DNA of 64,000 bases from Nageia nagi (GCA_050084985.1 JBITNC010000002.1:20956001-21020000), one strand, 5' to 3'. Positions 35,892-50,897 are shown, counted from the first letter of the stretch. Program-made: numbers and translations. Notes: a model not told the origin generated them from the letters alone.

Positions 35892-38800
35892 TGTTGAAGA
35901 TTTTGAAAAGAAGAGAACAAATAATGTGTATAGTAAGAGCACAGCAAGGCTAACCATAGGCAGAATAAATAATGAGATAAATTTGGAGACCAAAATATTG
36001 TATTATAGAGAAGTAAAATTTTTACAAGGCTCTCTTACAGCTAAAAGGAAAACATACATAGTAATTTACTCTACTCCTCCATCATCTAATTTATGCATGG
36101 GCTATCTAATATTATATGCTTGTTACTTGGTCAAAGTACAATTAAATGCAGCATAGCTCCATTCACACATTCTATCATCCTTTCTATAAAGTAGATGGAG
36201 CCCATGAGCTTGTATGCATAATGTTTGAAACACATTAAGTGGTTGTAGAAGGTAGATCAACCATTTTTGTACAAAAATGTTAATGTCAATGTTTTGAAAC
36301 TAGTGTTAGTAGTTGAGCATTTAATTTTGAGGAAGAAATCCTTTATACAAACATTTTTAGTGTAAATCTAGGTTTCAATACAAGAGGGATGTGATAGCAT
36401 AATAAGTCCCATGATTTGAGCTTTAAAATGGTGATGTCACTCACCAAAATTGGTGGGTGTTATCACTTTCTACAACTTAGAAGGCAAAAATAGTTACTAG
36501 GGTTTGTTGTTACCCAGAAGAGATAGAGTCCAAAAAAGATACCCCAAAAGTGCAAGATAGAGAAAAATGATCATAGCCTAGAGAAGACTTGATTAGAGAA
36601 TAAGTCCCAAAATGTGGTAGCACCCCAAGTTAATGAAGCCCAAAATAAATAAGTCTTGGTGAACAAATTTAGAAACAATCCTTCGAGTCTAGGAGGTAAT
36701 ATTTGGTAGCGTTAAGTCCTTAAACTAGGGGGTTGTTACTTCCCAAAGTGAAGATGTCCTATGGGTATGGTGAAGAAATAGTGCCCTAAGTCTAACATAT
36801 GGGGCTAATAAATAACACCGAGAATGAAGATAGAAATAATGCCTAGTAGATTGGTGATAATTCTTGGATGTGAATAGAGCTCATAGAATAAAAAAATATC
36901 ACCCAGAGTAGGTGTAGCTATCTCCTAGGAATAGAGATTAATTATTTTCAATTACCCCCTTAATCTCTAAGACAAAATGAGAACACTTTCTCTATTTTCC
37001 AAAAAACATAAATACAAAGAAAAACAAAGTTAAAGACATATGCAATATATACAAAGTCTAACCAATATGCTGAGTTAGTCAAGATTCACCAACATTCTCC
37101 CCCTAAATGTTTAATTTTTGGACTCCAAGTTGGTTCCAAAGTTAGCAAAAATGATCCTTGGGTAATGGATTTATAAATATGTTTGTAATTTAAGCATTAG
37201 TAAGATTTTGATGAAATTGGATAAAGCCATCTTCAACTAAATCTCTCATAAAGTGATGGCATATATCAATGTGATTTGTCCTGCTATGAAATATAAGATT
37301 CTTGGTAATGGAAATCATGCTGAGATTCATAATGTACTGAAATAGGGAGCTCAATATTCATGCTCAAATATTCAAATAGATGGGTAAGCTAAATGGCTTA
37401 TGTGCAAATGGTGAAGGCAACAATATACTCATCTTCTATTGATGAAAGTGCAACAATGGGTTGCTTCTTGCTGCTCCATGAAACTAAAGATTATCCAAAT
37501 AAGGATCCATATCCTAACCTACCCTTCTTATCAATAAGACATCCAACCTAATCAACATCTATACAGGCTTGTAATATTGCTTGATTTGATGATTTATATC
37601 GGAGCCCATATTGACATGTAACACTCACATAGCTTAGGATTTGCTTAGTTGCAATCTAATGCATCTAGTGTGGTGAGTGCATGAATTAAGCTACTTTACT
37701 GATAACAAATATGATATCCAATCTGGTAGTAATGAGATACATAAGGGTACCAATTAAGAATCAATACATAATGGCATCAACATGTGGAGAGGAGTCTTCC
37801 TTCAATAGCTTGGCTCTAACAATAGCTAGTGTATCAACAAGGTTTCATCTTTTCATCTTGAAGTAGGCCAGCATATCTTCCATATATTTGGATTGAGTGA
37901 TCAAAATTTCACTAGAGGATTGCTTGACTTGTAGGCCAAGAAAATAATTCATCTCTCCAAGATCACTTATCTCAAATTCACTGATCATAACATTCTTGAA
38001 TTGGTCTATCATAGCATCAGAGGTACTAGTAAAAATGATATCATCAATATACAAGTATAGAATAAAGAAGTTGCTACCTTTAACTTTTGTGTATAGTTTA
38101 CTTTTCATTGAGAATCTTTGAGAACTATTTTTTTGAAGATAACCATCAATTTGAGCTTATCATTCCCAAGGTGCTTGTTTAAGGCCATAGAGAGCCTTTA
38201 TGAGTTTATACACCTTTTTGCTTGATCATGAATAATAAATCCTTTAGGATGATTAACATAAATAACCTCATTTAGATATCCATTAAGAAAGGTAGATTTG
38301 ACATCCATCTGATTAACTATCAATCCAAAATGAGAGGAAATTGCAAGCAGAGATCTTACAGTCTCTAGCTTGGCCACCAGTGTAAAGGTTTCATTATAAT
38401 CTATCCCTTCCTTTCAAGCATATCCTTTAGCAACTAGATGAGCTTTATGTTTTGAAATACTTCCATCAGGATTATGCTTCAATTTTTAAATCCACTTGAC
38501 AACAATTACCTTTTTCTCTTTAGGAGAAGGTACAAGCTCCTAGGTGTTATACTTTTAGATTTGCTCAATCTCATCCTCTATATCTTTCTTCCAATCCTCA
38601 TTAGCAATAGCTTTAGTATATGAGGAAGGCTCAACAAATGAATCCATTAATGCATAAGAGATATTTACCTCTTGATGTTTAGCTCTAGTTTATGATTAAG
38701 TCATTATTTTATTGAGCTCTTTAGCTAGCATCAATGATGAAGGATGATAGTAGTCATTTGTCCACTTATTCTTGGCTGGTGGAGAATGAGTAGTAGGGGA

Positions 38801-40810
38801 TTGATTTAGTTGTGCCTAATGTGGTGAGCTAGTGGATGGTGAAGATGGTTGTGAAGGTTGAGGAGGAGGTGTAGTAGTGTGAGAAGGTTCACCATCTTCA
38901 TCAAATTGGAAGTCAGTAGTGTTATCTTCAACACCATTTTCTTGAGTATTTATGTATCCTTAAAAAAATCACTTCTCTATTGATGTGTATCTTACCAGTT
39001 AGTGGATCATAACACCAAACCAAGCTTCATAAGGGGTGGTATCCTTTAAAACTTGAGTGGGACACCTATTTAGAATATAAATAATAACATGCATTGCTTC
39101 ACCCCAAAAACTAGTGGGATGGTCCTTTTCTTTTATCATGCATTAAGCCATCTCAACAACTATCTGGTTTTTCTATTTAGCAACTCCATTCTATCATGGA
39201 GTGTAGGTAGTTGTATACTACCTAACAATGCGATGCTAATGGCATAAGTTCTTAAATTCATTATAAATGAATTATCCTCCTCTATCAATTCTAAACTTGT
39301 TGATAAAATAGCTAGTTTATTTTTCAACAGGAGACTTAAATTTAACAAAACTCTCAAAGGAGTCAAACTTGTTTTTTAGTAAATAAAGCTAGCTCATCCT
39401 AGAAAACTCATCAGTAAAGATGAGCATATATCTTGACTTACCACCTTGGGTAGGAGTTTGCATTGGTCCACACAAGTATGCATGCACCAACTGAAGAGGG
39501 TACTTAGCCTTTTATTGGTGCTTTGAAAACTTCACTCTATGTTACTTGCCTACAACACAACTTTCATAGACCTCACTAGGTGTATGGGAGATAGTAGGAA
39601 GGCCTCTTACCAATTTGTGCATACCATTTAATGAGTGAAAGTTTAAATGACCAAATCTCCTATACCATAACCAGGTAGAGTCAATGGAATATTTTAAACA
39701 ACTTGTTTTAGGTGTCATCCTAAGCATATACATCCTATTTTTAGTCATATGGATGGTGGCTATAAGCTGGTTATTGGCCTCTTTTACTATGGTGCACCCT
39801 TTCCTTTTGAAGGTGGTAATATAACCCCTTATACTAAGTTGGCTAATACCTAGCATATTGTGCTTAAGGCCAAGAACAAAGAGAGTGCTATGCATATAAA
39901 CTATCTTACCAGCTTTAGACTTAAAGGTAATAGTTCCTCTACTATGGATGTTGGCACTTTGTTGTCACCAAACCTAACTTGGCCTATGACAAAGGTATCA
40001 ACATTAATAAATAAGGCTTTGTTTCCAATCATGTGGATAGAGCAATCATTATCTAGGTACCATACATCTTCTTCTTTAGCCTAGAAACTACTACAAGTGA
40101 GGAACATGATGCACTAGGCTTGATCTTCAACATACTAAGCTTTGAAATGGGAATTATTCTTCTAGCAATGAGATTCTATGTGACTATCTTTGTTATAGAA
40201 GTCACAATGTCTAGGGGTATCATTTTATGATCTTCACTGAGAACAGCCTCTTCCATGACCTCTTCTACCTCTACCTTGGCCATTGCTTCTTCCTCATGGT
40301 GATCCACCTCTTCTATGAGAGTATGAAGAAGAACTAGGGGTTGATGAAGAGGACTCTTAGCCCTTCATTATTAATTATGGTTGGAAAGCTTGGTTAATAG
40401 ACTCAACTCTATTGCTAATTTAATACTCATAGGCAGTTAAACTACCTTGTAACTCTGTAAGCATGAGTTGGGATAGGTCCTTTACTTCTTCAATGGTAGT
40501 GGTGATGGGATCAAACCTTTTAGATAAGTTTTGGAGCACCTTTTCAACAATTTTGGTGTCTCCCATCTCTCCACTATGTGAATGGAGGGCATTTATGAGA
40601 TCTTAGATCTTGGAAAAGAAGAAACTTATATTTTCTTCCTCTCTCATATGGAGAGATTAAATCACCTTCCTTAAAATTAAGGGCTTTGCCACATGGACTT
40701 TAGCTGATCCTTTGTATGTAGTCTCCAAGATCTCCCATGCTTCCTTAGAATTCTTACACTGTAATTTTAGGGAAGATGGACACATCTATCCTAGATTGGA
40801 TGGAAAATAA
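35892..40810 (-). mobile_element. Ty1/copia element, 5' LTR lost (3' LTR 35892-37094), unit A
   Basis: LTR TGTTG...CCAACA followed by the PPT complement TTCTCCCCCT. RNase H, RT (LYIDDII), integrase, WLWYRRFGHLNF and gag remnants are in copia order. Confidence 0.9.
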
Positions 40811-42239
40811 TACCTAGCCTTCCTCATCCCATTCCAAATCATAGAGCTGAATGGGAGATTGACTGTTGTGAAAAATATTTGATGATATAAGTCATCTAAA
40901 TATTTAAACTATAAGGTTTGATTCCATTGAGAATCAGATTCTTTGATAGAAAATAAATAGCTTTCTATTATTTATCTTAAACAAGTATAGAAATATGGAT
41001 GATTGATATTGCATGAGCTATTTTTAACATTTTTGAATGCTTAGTGAATCTTGGAGGTTAGCTTTTGGAACTGTTATATGACCTAAAATTGTAGTTTTAG
41101 TTGGCTTTTATGTTTGCACATAGCATGTAGATTGAAATTTATGTCATGTTTAGGAAACATGTTTTACGATTTTATTGGTACTGCTATGAAACTAAACAAA
41201 AAAATAAAAAAAAAATTAATTTATTACTCAAAGATTGATAATATAATAGCGATAAAAAAATTAACAAAAAGTTATGCAAAAAAAAAAATGATTGCATTAT
41301 CATCAATAACATTAAAACATGTAGAATTTACATAAGGTTATATTGAAGAAGTAGGGATAACAATTTTTTAGAATGAGTATATACAATTCTTGGATTATAC
41401 TAATTTTTATATAAATGAGCATATGTTCATATATATCACTTTGTAGATATCAATGAAGTATTTTATTCCATTTCTCTTGTTAGTCAAGTAATATCATTGT
41501 ATTCTTTATGAGTTTTCTCCTATTAAAGGGATAACATCTTTGGATTTTTATCAAAAATATTTAATTATTATATTATTCATTGCACTTCAAACTATATCAA
41601 CTAACACATTTGTTAAGGTCACTTGCAGATATTAAAATATATTTCTATTTCATATGAAAACTTTACATAAATTATCTTGTAAATGGTAAAGGGACCTTCA
41701 AATAGCCATATAGAATTTTGTAGTGACCTACTATAGTTTTTCATCCCATAATAGATGTTAATATAAGTTACCTTTACATTTTATTTAGTTATTCCAACAT
41801 TCATTTTACATCAAATGACATCAACTACCACATTTGTTAGGACATGTAAAATATTATTTAAACTAGCTTGATATTTTAGATTGATGACACTATATATATG
41901 AAAATATTATTAATAATATAAAAAATATATCATTTCCTTTAATTTGGCTAAAATATTTTTTAAAATATATAAAAAAAATATTTTATATAACTTAATAGTT
42001 TAATTTGAAGCCATTTGATATGAGAAGAAAATGTTTGATGATTTTAGGTATACAATATTATTTAACTTACAACTACTAAAATTTAACACCATATGACAAC
42101 ATATATACATTCATACCATTGATGATATTGTGTTATACTTTATGATTTTTGTTTTTGTCACTCTCCTCCAAAAAGTTTGACATTGAATACAATTTTATAA
42201 ATCATAGTACACAAAAGATACATTGAGACTTATGATTAA

Positions 42240-44048
42240 CATTGATTCTACTAAGATTTGTAATTTGAGGATGAAATTAATGGTTTCCAAGGGAGCATAT
42301 TGCAGAGGTCAATGTTGTATTCTTGGTGAGTAGAGGAATGGGCCATCCATATATGACTTAAGTAAACCCCTATATTATCCTAGACTGCATCTTTATAGTT
42401 GATTTTTCTTCAAACTATTCTATTATTATGTTTTATCCACAGGGACCATGATATCAAAATAGGGGTAGAATACCAAACTACTAAAGGTACATTCCTCTTA
42501 GTTGAAGGAGAACATGTTGAGGAACTAAACTCAATGCTCTTAAATGCCCAATGTGGATGCCTAGGGATCATGTATACCCAACATGGGTGTCTAGAGGTCA
42601 TACATACCCAACGTAGTTGTCTAGATGCTACACATGGCCAAAATGGTTAATAGTCATACATGCCATCTTGATATCTTGAAGCCATACATGGATGCTTAAG
42701 TGTTATCATGGACTAACATGAGGGTCTGAGAGTTTCTCAAGGCTGGTATAAGTGTGCAAGTGCTCCCAAGTCAAATGTTAGGGGTATACATGATTATCCA
42801 TGTTAATGTACCATCCTAGGTGCTATACAAGACTTGGTATTCCTACAATAAATTATAAGGATCTCTAAGTGTACATACAATAATAAAATAACTAATCTTA
42901 ATCTTGGGAGGAAAACATCCCTCTTTGGGGTTCACAATGTAGGTCCAAATGGACCATTATTTTTTTATCCTAAGTAACTAATAATGTAAAAATAAAATAT
43001 TTATAAAGGAAACACTAAGGATACCAAATTTACTTATTTTTGTTCAAAAAAAGATGTTACAAAGCCTCCCCTCTCAAATTTCTTTTCCTCAAGCAATTGT
43101 AAAATACAAAAAAAACTTTTATTCCAAACATCCTTTGGTACATTTGTATGCATCAAATGAAAAATTCTTTAGGTAAAATACAACTTCAATATATCCCACC
43201 AATAAATTAGAAAATAAATTCCATATAACAATCATTGGAAAAGTATCTCTCATGTATAAATCATAAAAGTAATGTGCAATCCTTCTTTTGAAACTATTTT
43301 TAGCCATGTTAGTGGTGGAAAAAATACATGATATTTCTTAAGTATTAGTGCCTTCACTTTCATTTATATCAGCCTTCTCTATGTAATTTTGACCTCCATG
43401 TATTGCACTAAAAACCTTTAATATTGAAATAAGGTCATTTCCATCATGAGTAATCCACATTAAGCATAAAACTGTAGTCTTGAGCTCATATTTCACATGC
43501 AAACATTTTGATATAGAAATCCACATTAAGTACAAAAATGTAGTCTTGAACTCATAGTTTGCATACAAAAATTCTAATATAGCAATCCACATTAAGCACA
43601 AAAATACAGTCATGACCATTTGCAACAATTGTGAAATAATAGGGATAAAAGCATTATTCCATCTATGTGTTGTGATATCATCCTACAAAAATATAGGAAA
43701 AAAATAACTATGAGTGGAAACAAACAAGTCTCTTGTTCCCTATCAAGTTTCAAGCTCTTATTATACCCAATGTTGCATTTCTAGGCTCTACTTTTTTCTC
43801 ATTGTGTGGCTATATTACTTCCATCCCTTTATTTATCACTTGAGGATAATATTACTTGATTCCTTCCAAGGTACGAGCCTTACCATCAACTTTGAAACTC
43901 ATAGTTAGATTTCAATAATTGGTATGAATATCTCCCAATTCAAATAGCTATTGTACTCCCAAGATCATATGAGGATGTCCATCGAAGGGGTAGACATAAA
44001 TTTTCTATAGTTGTATAACCTTTCAATATTACCCCAAAATTTTAACCA
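42240..44048 (-). mobile_element. Deleted copy of the LINE+gypsy composite (LINE 3' piece, partial LTR ending 43061, internal piece)
   Basis: Colinear with 57350-57645 joined to 59764-61211. Confidence 0.85.
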
Positions 44049-47000
44049 TACAGCCACACTTTTGGCATGACTAGCAAAGCCGGTAGCGGACTTGGATAAG
44101 CACGTGGAAGAACAGTTAAAAGGATATGGAGTTAGCTTGAAAACTCATTAAATATCATCAAGTCAAATAAAGCCGTTCACCAATCATAGTTGGGAAGAAT
44201 CGTTAAAAGGATATTGAACCTTAACTTGGGAAGATGGGAGTTAGCCACTTGGAGAACTTGTTTTGGCTTTGTAACACAGCTATATTTGTAGGCTCACGTA
44301 AATTCCAAGATTGGATGAGATTGATGACTTAGCATTCCAACTCCTACAGATTGATTAGGGGTGACAATTGGACGTCATTCAATGGAGTCTCATTTATGGA
44401 TGAACAGTCCTCCACCACTTACAGTATCAGAATTCAGCCGATATCTGAACTTGCGACAAGAGATAATGATATAGTTTATTGAACTATATATGGTACTAAG
44501 AATTCGGAGAAGCTTAAAATTTGAGATTTTCATTTATATTTAAGGTATAATATTTAAAGTTTGTTTTTTATTTATTTTTAATGAAAAAGTGATTTAAATT
44601 AAATGAAAAAAGTTTTTACATAAAAAAAATTGTTGGTGGTAGAGTTCATACTTCTAGACAGGTTTAAATTTATCCTATTAACAGATTAGCCATACAATAA
44701 AGTACAAATATTAAAGTTTTCTAATAAATATGGCATAAGAGTGTAAACATTTAAAATGTAGCTATGGTAAATATTTAATGATGAACATTTAATGTAGAAA
44801 TTTAACTTATGGACTTATATTTAACATAAGAGTGTAAATATTTAATGATGAACATCGCATGTAACATATAAGTCCATAAGTTAAATTTCGGTTTCAATAT
44901 TTAAAAAGTATTAATTTATTTTATTATTAAAACAAATCGACATCAAAAGATAAATATACTAAATACATATTAAATATAATAAATAACACCTCTAAAATGA
45001 TATATACAAGATAGGTGCGTGGGGAATGATAACACTCAACATTTTTTTTATATATAAGGAGGTATATCAAAGCTAGTTGACGTCGAGAGGCGTTCTCTAG
45101 CTAAATGTTGCATGTGAGTCCATCCATTAAACATTGACTTTAATATTTAAAAAACTAAATTGACTTATTATTAAAAATAAAATATGTCTACTTCAAAAAT
45201 AGTGTTATAAAATTAGATAGCATATAATATAAATAATATATAACAGCAATTTTTTATATGTATAAAGAGGAATATCAAAGCTAGTTATATTTGTGGAATA
45301 AAGTGCAATTTCACTTCTTTTTGATGATACGTCCAAGGAGCATTAGCCAAGAAAGTGTTTTGATAGATGGTGAAAACTCTCATATATTTAAGAGAAGGAT
45401 ATTACATTGATAAAATGTGGACCTTGATAGATACACTTATAATTTTATTTATTTTTATCTCTAATGCCACCTATTATGCTTTGATTTATACATTCATTAC
45501 TTACTCCATTCCTTATTGATAATTTGTAGTTTAGATATTGTAACCTTGACAAATACCTTTGATGATACACATAAATCCAAACTATCTAAAGAAGTACAAA
45601 TGTAAATTTATATTACTTGTATTATAATGCATTGTGATTCACCAATGCAATGTGGTATGGTAACACATCATGTTAGATAGTAATGGAGATTTGGATTTGA
45701 GGAATTATTTAGATCTTGTTGAGATTAGATCTCAGCTACAATTGACATAAAAGAAATAAATGATAGGTTTGTAGTTCATTTGAATTCAAATTTGATTAGG
45801 AAAGAGCTAATAGAATAATTTGATTTTGTAAAATATAGCTATATGATTGATATGTATATGTATTTTAATTAACATATATTTATTATAATTGATATTATAT
45901 TAATTTTGTAAAATTAATTTTTATTATAAATAAATTGGTAAATCCAACATATATTTTTTGCAAACTTGATGCTTTTCAAGTATTATGTTAGCTTGTTAAG
46001 TTTTTCATTAGAAACCATTGGTTAACTTTTTGGTTGCATTAATTTTCTACAAAATTAGAAAATTTTATTACTTCAAAATTATTAGAAATAAAATAATTTT
46101 TATTTTGTAGAATTATTTTTGTAAAAATACTATATTTTGAAGGTCATTTTGTTGAGTTTGGTGAGATCTTATATTAAATTTTTTCTCAATCCATATATAA
46201 TTATAATTGATATATATTTGGGTAGGTGGAAGAAGATGGTTCCACTTAAATTTGACATTTCATACTTAGAAAAAAAATATTTTAAAATGACATATTGTTA
46301 TGTAAAACAAAATTTTGATTTGACCAGAGCCAAAAATTAAATTTTGGCTTTTAAAGATTGAAATTTCATTTCATAACAAAATTTTGTTATTTTTTAATAT
46401 TAATTGAAACAAAATTTCATTTCATTTTAACATTAAAAAGTAACAAAATTTCATTATGAATCAAAATTTTGTTATTTGAATTTAGGCTCAATTTTAGACT
46501 TGGAAAAATCTTGGTGGGCCAAGTGTTAGCCTTGTACCTGCAACTTCTTTTTCATGGTAATGGGAGTGAAAAATTATAACTTTAAATTATAAATTTTGAT
46601 GGATGTTTGATCAAGTTTTTTGATGATTTTTTCTTGAAATTAAAACCCATTTTAGATTGAAGAGTGCAAATTATAAATATGTATTTTATTTTACAATTTG
46701 ATTATATTTTATATTTTTAAATTAATTTTCAATGAAATTGATCCTTAAACTTGAAACATAGGTTGTATTAAATTTTTAATAACTTTTTATTGTTGAGGAA
46801 TTATGAAAAAAATTTATATGTGCACAATCTATGGATAATTCTTTATTAAATAAAAAAATTGAGAAAAGGATAAGTTTAGGTCAAATTATGCATTTTCTTG
46901 ATTTGTACTTTTCAAAATAATAGTTAGGACCATTAAAAAATATATATATTCATGCAAAAATTATGAAAATATATATTGTACAATCTTCAGTGTGTTAGGT

Positions 47001-47739
47001 ATCATTTCCCAAAAGGATTTAAAAAAATGTTATATTTTAGGTCAAAATATATTTATTGTAGAAGAGGATAGTATGGTAATAAAATAATACATTTTAAATG
47101 GTGGCTTTTAGTAGTGTAGGCCTATCATAAATAAATTTTTATCAACTAGGTATTGGAATAAATTACATATTTGAAAACTACAATTCAAGCATAACATTTT
47201 TACCTTAGTGATATTTTTCAATATTCCATCTTTAAGGTTTTCAAAACTTGATATCAATAATGATCAAAGCTAAAAATCAAAGAAAATATATCCATCTTTT
47301 GGCCATTCTATGGACCCATCTTCTTGCACTTACCCATTGATGATATTACAAGTTTCAAAAGTGCATATGTTTATGAGTTTGAGGGTAATTTGATATACCA
47401 TTCTTAGATATTTTATTTTCAAAAATCATGGATAGCAAGAATTACTTAGATAAATTAAAAAAATATGATATGTTATGATTGTCATATTATATCTTACATT
47501 ATGTACTATAATCATCATACAATGTTCCACATTATATTATATCATTATCTTAGCTACAATCACATAAAAGAGATAAATGATAGGTTTTATTTTATCATAT
47601 CGTATAAATCTAAACAATATTTATCTAGTAAAGTCTCTATGCATGATATTTGACATACATCTAGTTGCCTTATGACCATATTGATTACATTTAAAATAAT
47701 AAGTAGAAAAAATATTGTTATAAACAAAATGAGATACAC

Positions 47740-49115
47740 GAAAGCCATATTTTACTTATTCTAGTTTATTGTAGTTTTTCTTTGTTACCTTATTTGATCT
47801 TGTGGCTAACTAGATTGTTGCTATTGATGTGTTGCTTTTTGAGATCTTATTCTCTTAATATATGATCTTTTATGTTTCAATTGTTTGTTAGCCTTTTGTC
47901 TTATGCTTCCTTCTCTTTTGCAAGTAGCTTTGATGATTCAACTTTATTCTCATTTTTCCTTGCTCCAATAGCATTGGAGTTCTTCTTCTTGGTAACTTTG
48001 GAGGATAAATGTTGTTCTACATCATATCCAAGATTATATCTTATCTTGGGGTCTCTTTGTTGTCTTAGCATAGAATTCAACAACCTTGTGCTATTCTCAA
48101 ACTTAAGGCTTATAGTTAACTTTTGATTGTCTTCATCTTGTTGCTTTTTCAATGATATAATTTCCTCTTCTAGTTTGCAACAAATAATATTTTTCTTATT
48201 GATTTGTAATTTAATAGCTTCTTCAACTCCCTAGATTCTTCTATTTATAACTTTAGATCATCAACCACTTTGTTGGTTTCTTCCTCATGGTTGCTATAGA
48301 CTTCTTGAGATGATCTCAAAGGTTCTTGTATCTTCTAAGTTATCTTAAGTTATTTTCTCAAGCCAGTAAGATCTTCATCAAACTCTCTACAAGCTTTAGC
48401 ACTATTAGTGGCTTTGATTTTTTATCTTCTTCTATCATCTTAGACTTTTGAATATGTATGCAGAGGTATTAAAATTGATTATGATATTCATCTAACTTCT
48501 TGGAAAGCCCTTTTATTCTTTTCCCTTTCTTTATTGAACTCTTCAAGAGCGATGATCAATTCTCCTTCTAGATCTAGTTCAACCTCAAGCTCTTTATCAA
48601 AATATTTTTCTTCTCTAGTCTCTCTAGCATCTATTATAAATAGTTCACTTGGTTCTTCTTTAATCAGTGTAATCATAATTATGAGTTTTTCATTGGATAC
48701 TTTTGATTGTACTTGAAAATATTCTTTAAGTTGTACCTTAGCTGATTGATGGTCTTTCTTTGATCCTTTCCTTTTTCTTACATAATGACACTAATAGGGG
48801 GATGAATCAATGTGTTATATTTTTAAACCTCAAATATTCTACTTATAAAATTGAATTCATATAATATTAAAAACTAAAACAAATCAAAGTAACATAAGCA
48901 AATCAAGGAAGCATCACACAACATAAGATATAATAAGGTTCACCAATATGGCTACATATCTAGATAAGAATGCTTGGATCATGGTCCAAATCTAGCCCTT
49001 GTAAAGTTCCAACTTTACAATCAATTACCAACACCAATTGGAAGGAACACCAACCCCTACTTTACCAGCATCTATCAAAAGGAGCATTAACACATACTTT
49101 ACTAACATTAATCTC
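47740..49115 (-). mobile_element. SIRE/Maximus-like copia gag remnant plus LTR fragment (unit B)
   Basis: ORFs 47901-48152 and 48488-48676; duplicate of 32740-34110. Confidence 0.6.
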
Positions 49116-50812
49116 TTGTGGAAAAGTATAAAGAAGTCATGGTGTTCATTGATAGAAAATAAGTAGCTTTCTATTATTTATCTTGAACAAGGATAGAAAT
49201 ATGGATGATTGATATTGCATGAGTTATTTTTAACATTTTTGAGTGCTTAGTGAATCTTGGAGCTTAGCTTTTGGAAGTGTTATATAACCTGAGCTTCTGG
49301 CTTTAGTTTGCTTTTATGTTTGCACGTAGCATGTAGATTGAAATTTATGTCATGTTCAAGAAACATGTTTTTTGATTTTACTAGTACTGCTATGAAACTC
49401 AACAAAAAAATAGAAAAAAATTTAATTTATTACTCAAAAATTGATAATATAATATCGATAAAAAAATTAAAAAAAAGTTATGCAAAAAAAAATGATTGCA
49501 TTATCATCAATAAAAGTAAAACATGTAGAATTTACATAAGGTAATATTGAAGAAGTAGGGTTAACAATTTTTTAGAAAGAGTATATACAATTCTTGGATT
49601 ATTCTAATTTTGATATAAATGAGCATATGTTCATCTATATCACTTTGTAGATATCAATGAAGTATTTTTTACATTTCTCTTGTTAGTCAAGTAATATCAT
49701 TGTATTCTTTATGCTTTTTCTCCTATTAAAGGGATAACATTATTGGAATTTTATCAAAGATATTTAATTATTATAATATTCATTTCACTTCAAACTCTAT
49801 CAACTAACACATTTGTTAATGTCACTTATGGATGCTAAAATATATTTGTATTTCATATGAAAAATTTACATAAGTTATCTTGTAAATATTAAAGGGACCT
49901 TCAAATAACTATATAGAATTTTGTAGTGACCTGCTATAGTTGTCCATTCCATAATAGTTGTTAATGTAATTTACCTTTACATTTTATTTAGTTATTCCAA
50001 TGTTCATTTTACATCAAATAACATCGACTAACACATTCGTTAGAACATGTAAAAGATTATTTAAACTAGCTTGATATTTTAGATTGATGACACTATATCT
50101 ATGAAAAATATTATTAATAATACAAGAAATATATCATTTCCTTTGCTTTGGCTAAAATAGTTTTTAAAATATATAAAAAAATATTTATGTAACTTAATAG
50201 TTTAATTTGAGGCCATTTGATATGAGAAGAAAATGTTTGACTATTTTAGATATACAATATTATTCAACTTAAAAATCCTAAAATTTAACACCATATGACA
50301 ACATATATCCATTCAAACCATTGATGCTATTGCATTTTACTTAATGGTACTTAACTATTGTCCTATGATTTTGGTTTTTTTCACTCTCCTCCAAAAATAT
50401 TGACACTGAATACAATTTTATAAATCATAGTAAACAAAAGATACATTAAGACCTATGATAATCTAAATTTAAATTTATAAAAATAAATACAAAATATAAA
50501 TATCCCTATATTTATATTATATTTTTTATAAACATCATATAATCTTCTTATATTTTCAATGTACATTTTAATGATTCTCATAACTTAAATCTTCTTATTT
50601 AATTATTTCTATTTCTATCTGATGTTATACTATACTATTATCATTCATAATATATTATTTGAATTTAGAGAGAGATGAAGATTTAAGAAAGAAATTGAGA
50701 AAATTATAAAGATTTAGATTATAAAAATAATTAAAGTGTTTCTTGTACTATTTCATATATTACAAAACAAGATCTCTAGTAATTGAAAGCATGAGCATAA
50801 TATCATAGGGAT

Positions 50813-50897
50813 TTAGACTTTATGCTTGGATGAATATGTATTTCATCGATAACAACTATCCATGAGATCAATTTCATGGATCTGCAAGCCAACATCA
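50813..50897 (-). pseudogene. EXLA: 3'-terminal remnant of an EXLA paralog, unit B
   Basis: Translates DVGLQIHEIDLMDSCYR*NTYSSKHKV* and abuts the copia LTR. Confidence 0.85.

Larger units (their letters stand above)
29051..44046. repeat. Tandem segmental duplication, unit A (~15.0 kb)
   Basis: Colinear with 44047-61211 throughout, apart from indels including a ~2.1-kb deletion near 42536. Confidence 0.93.
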
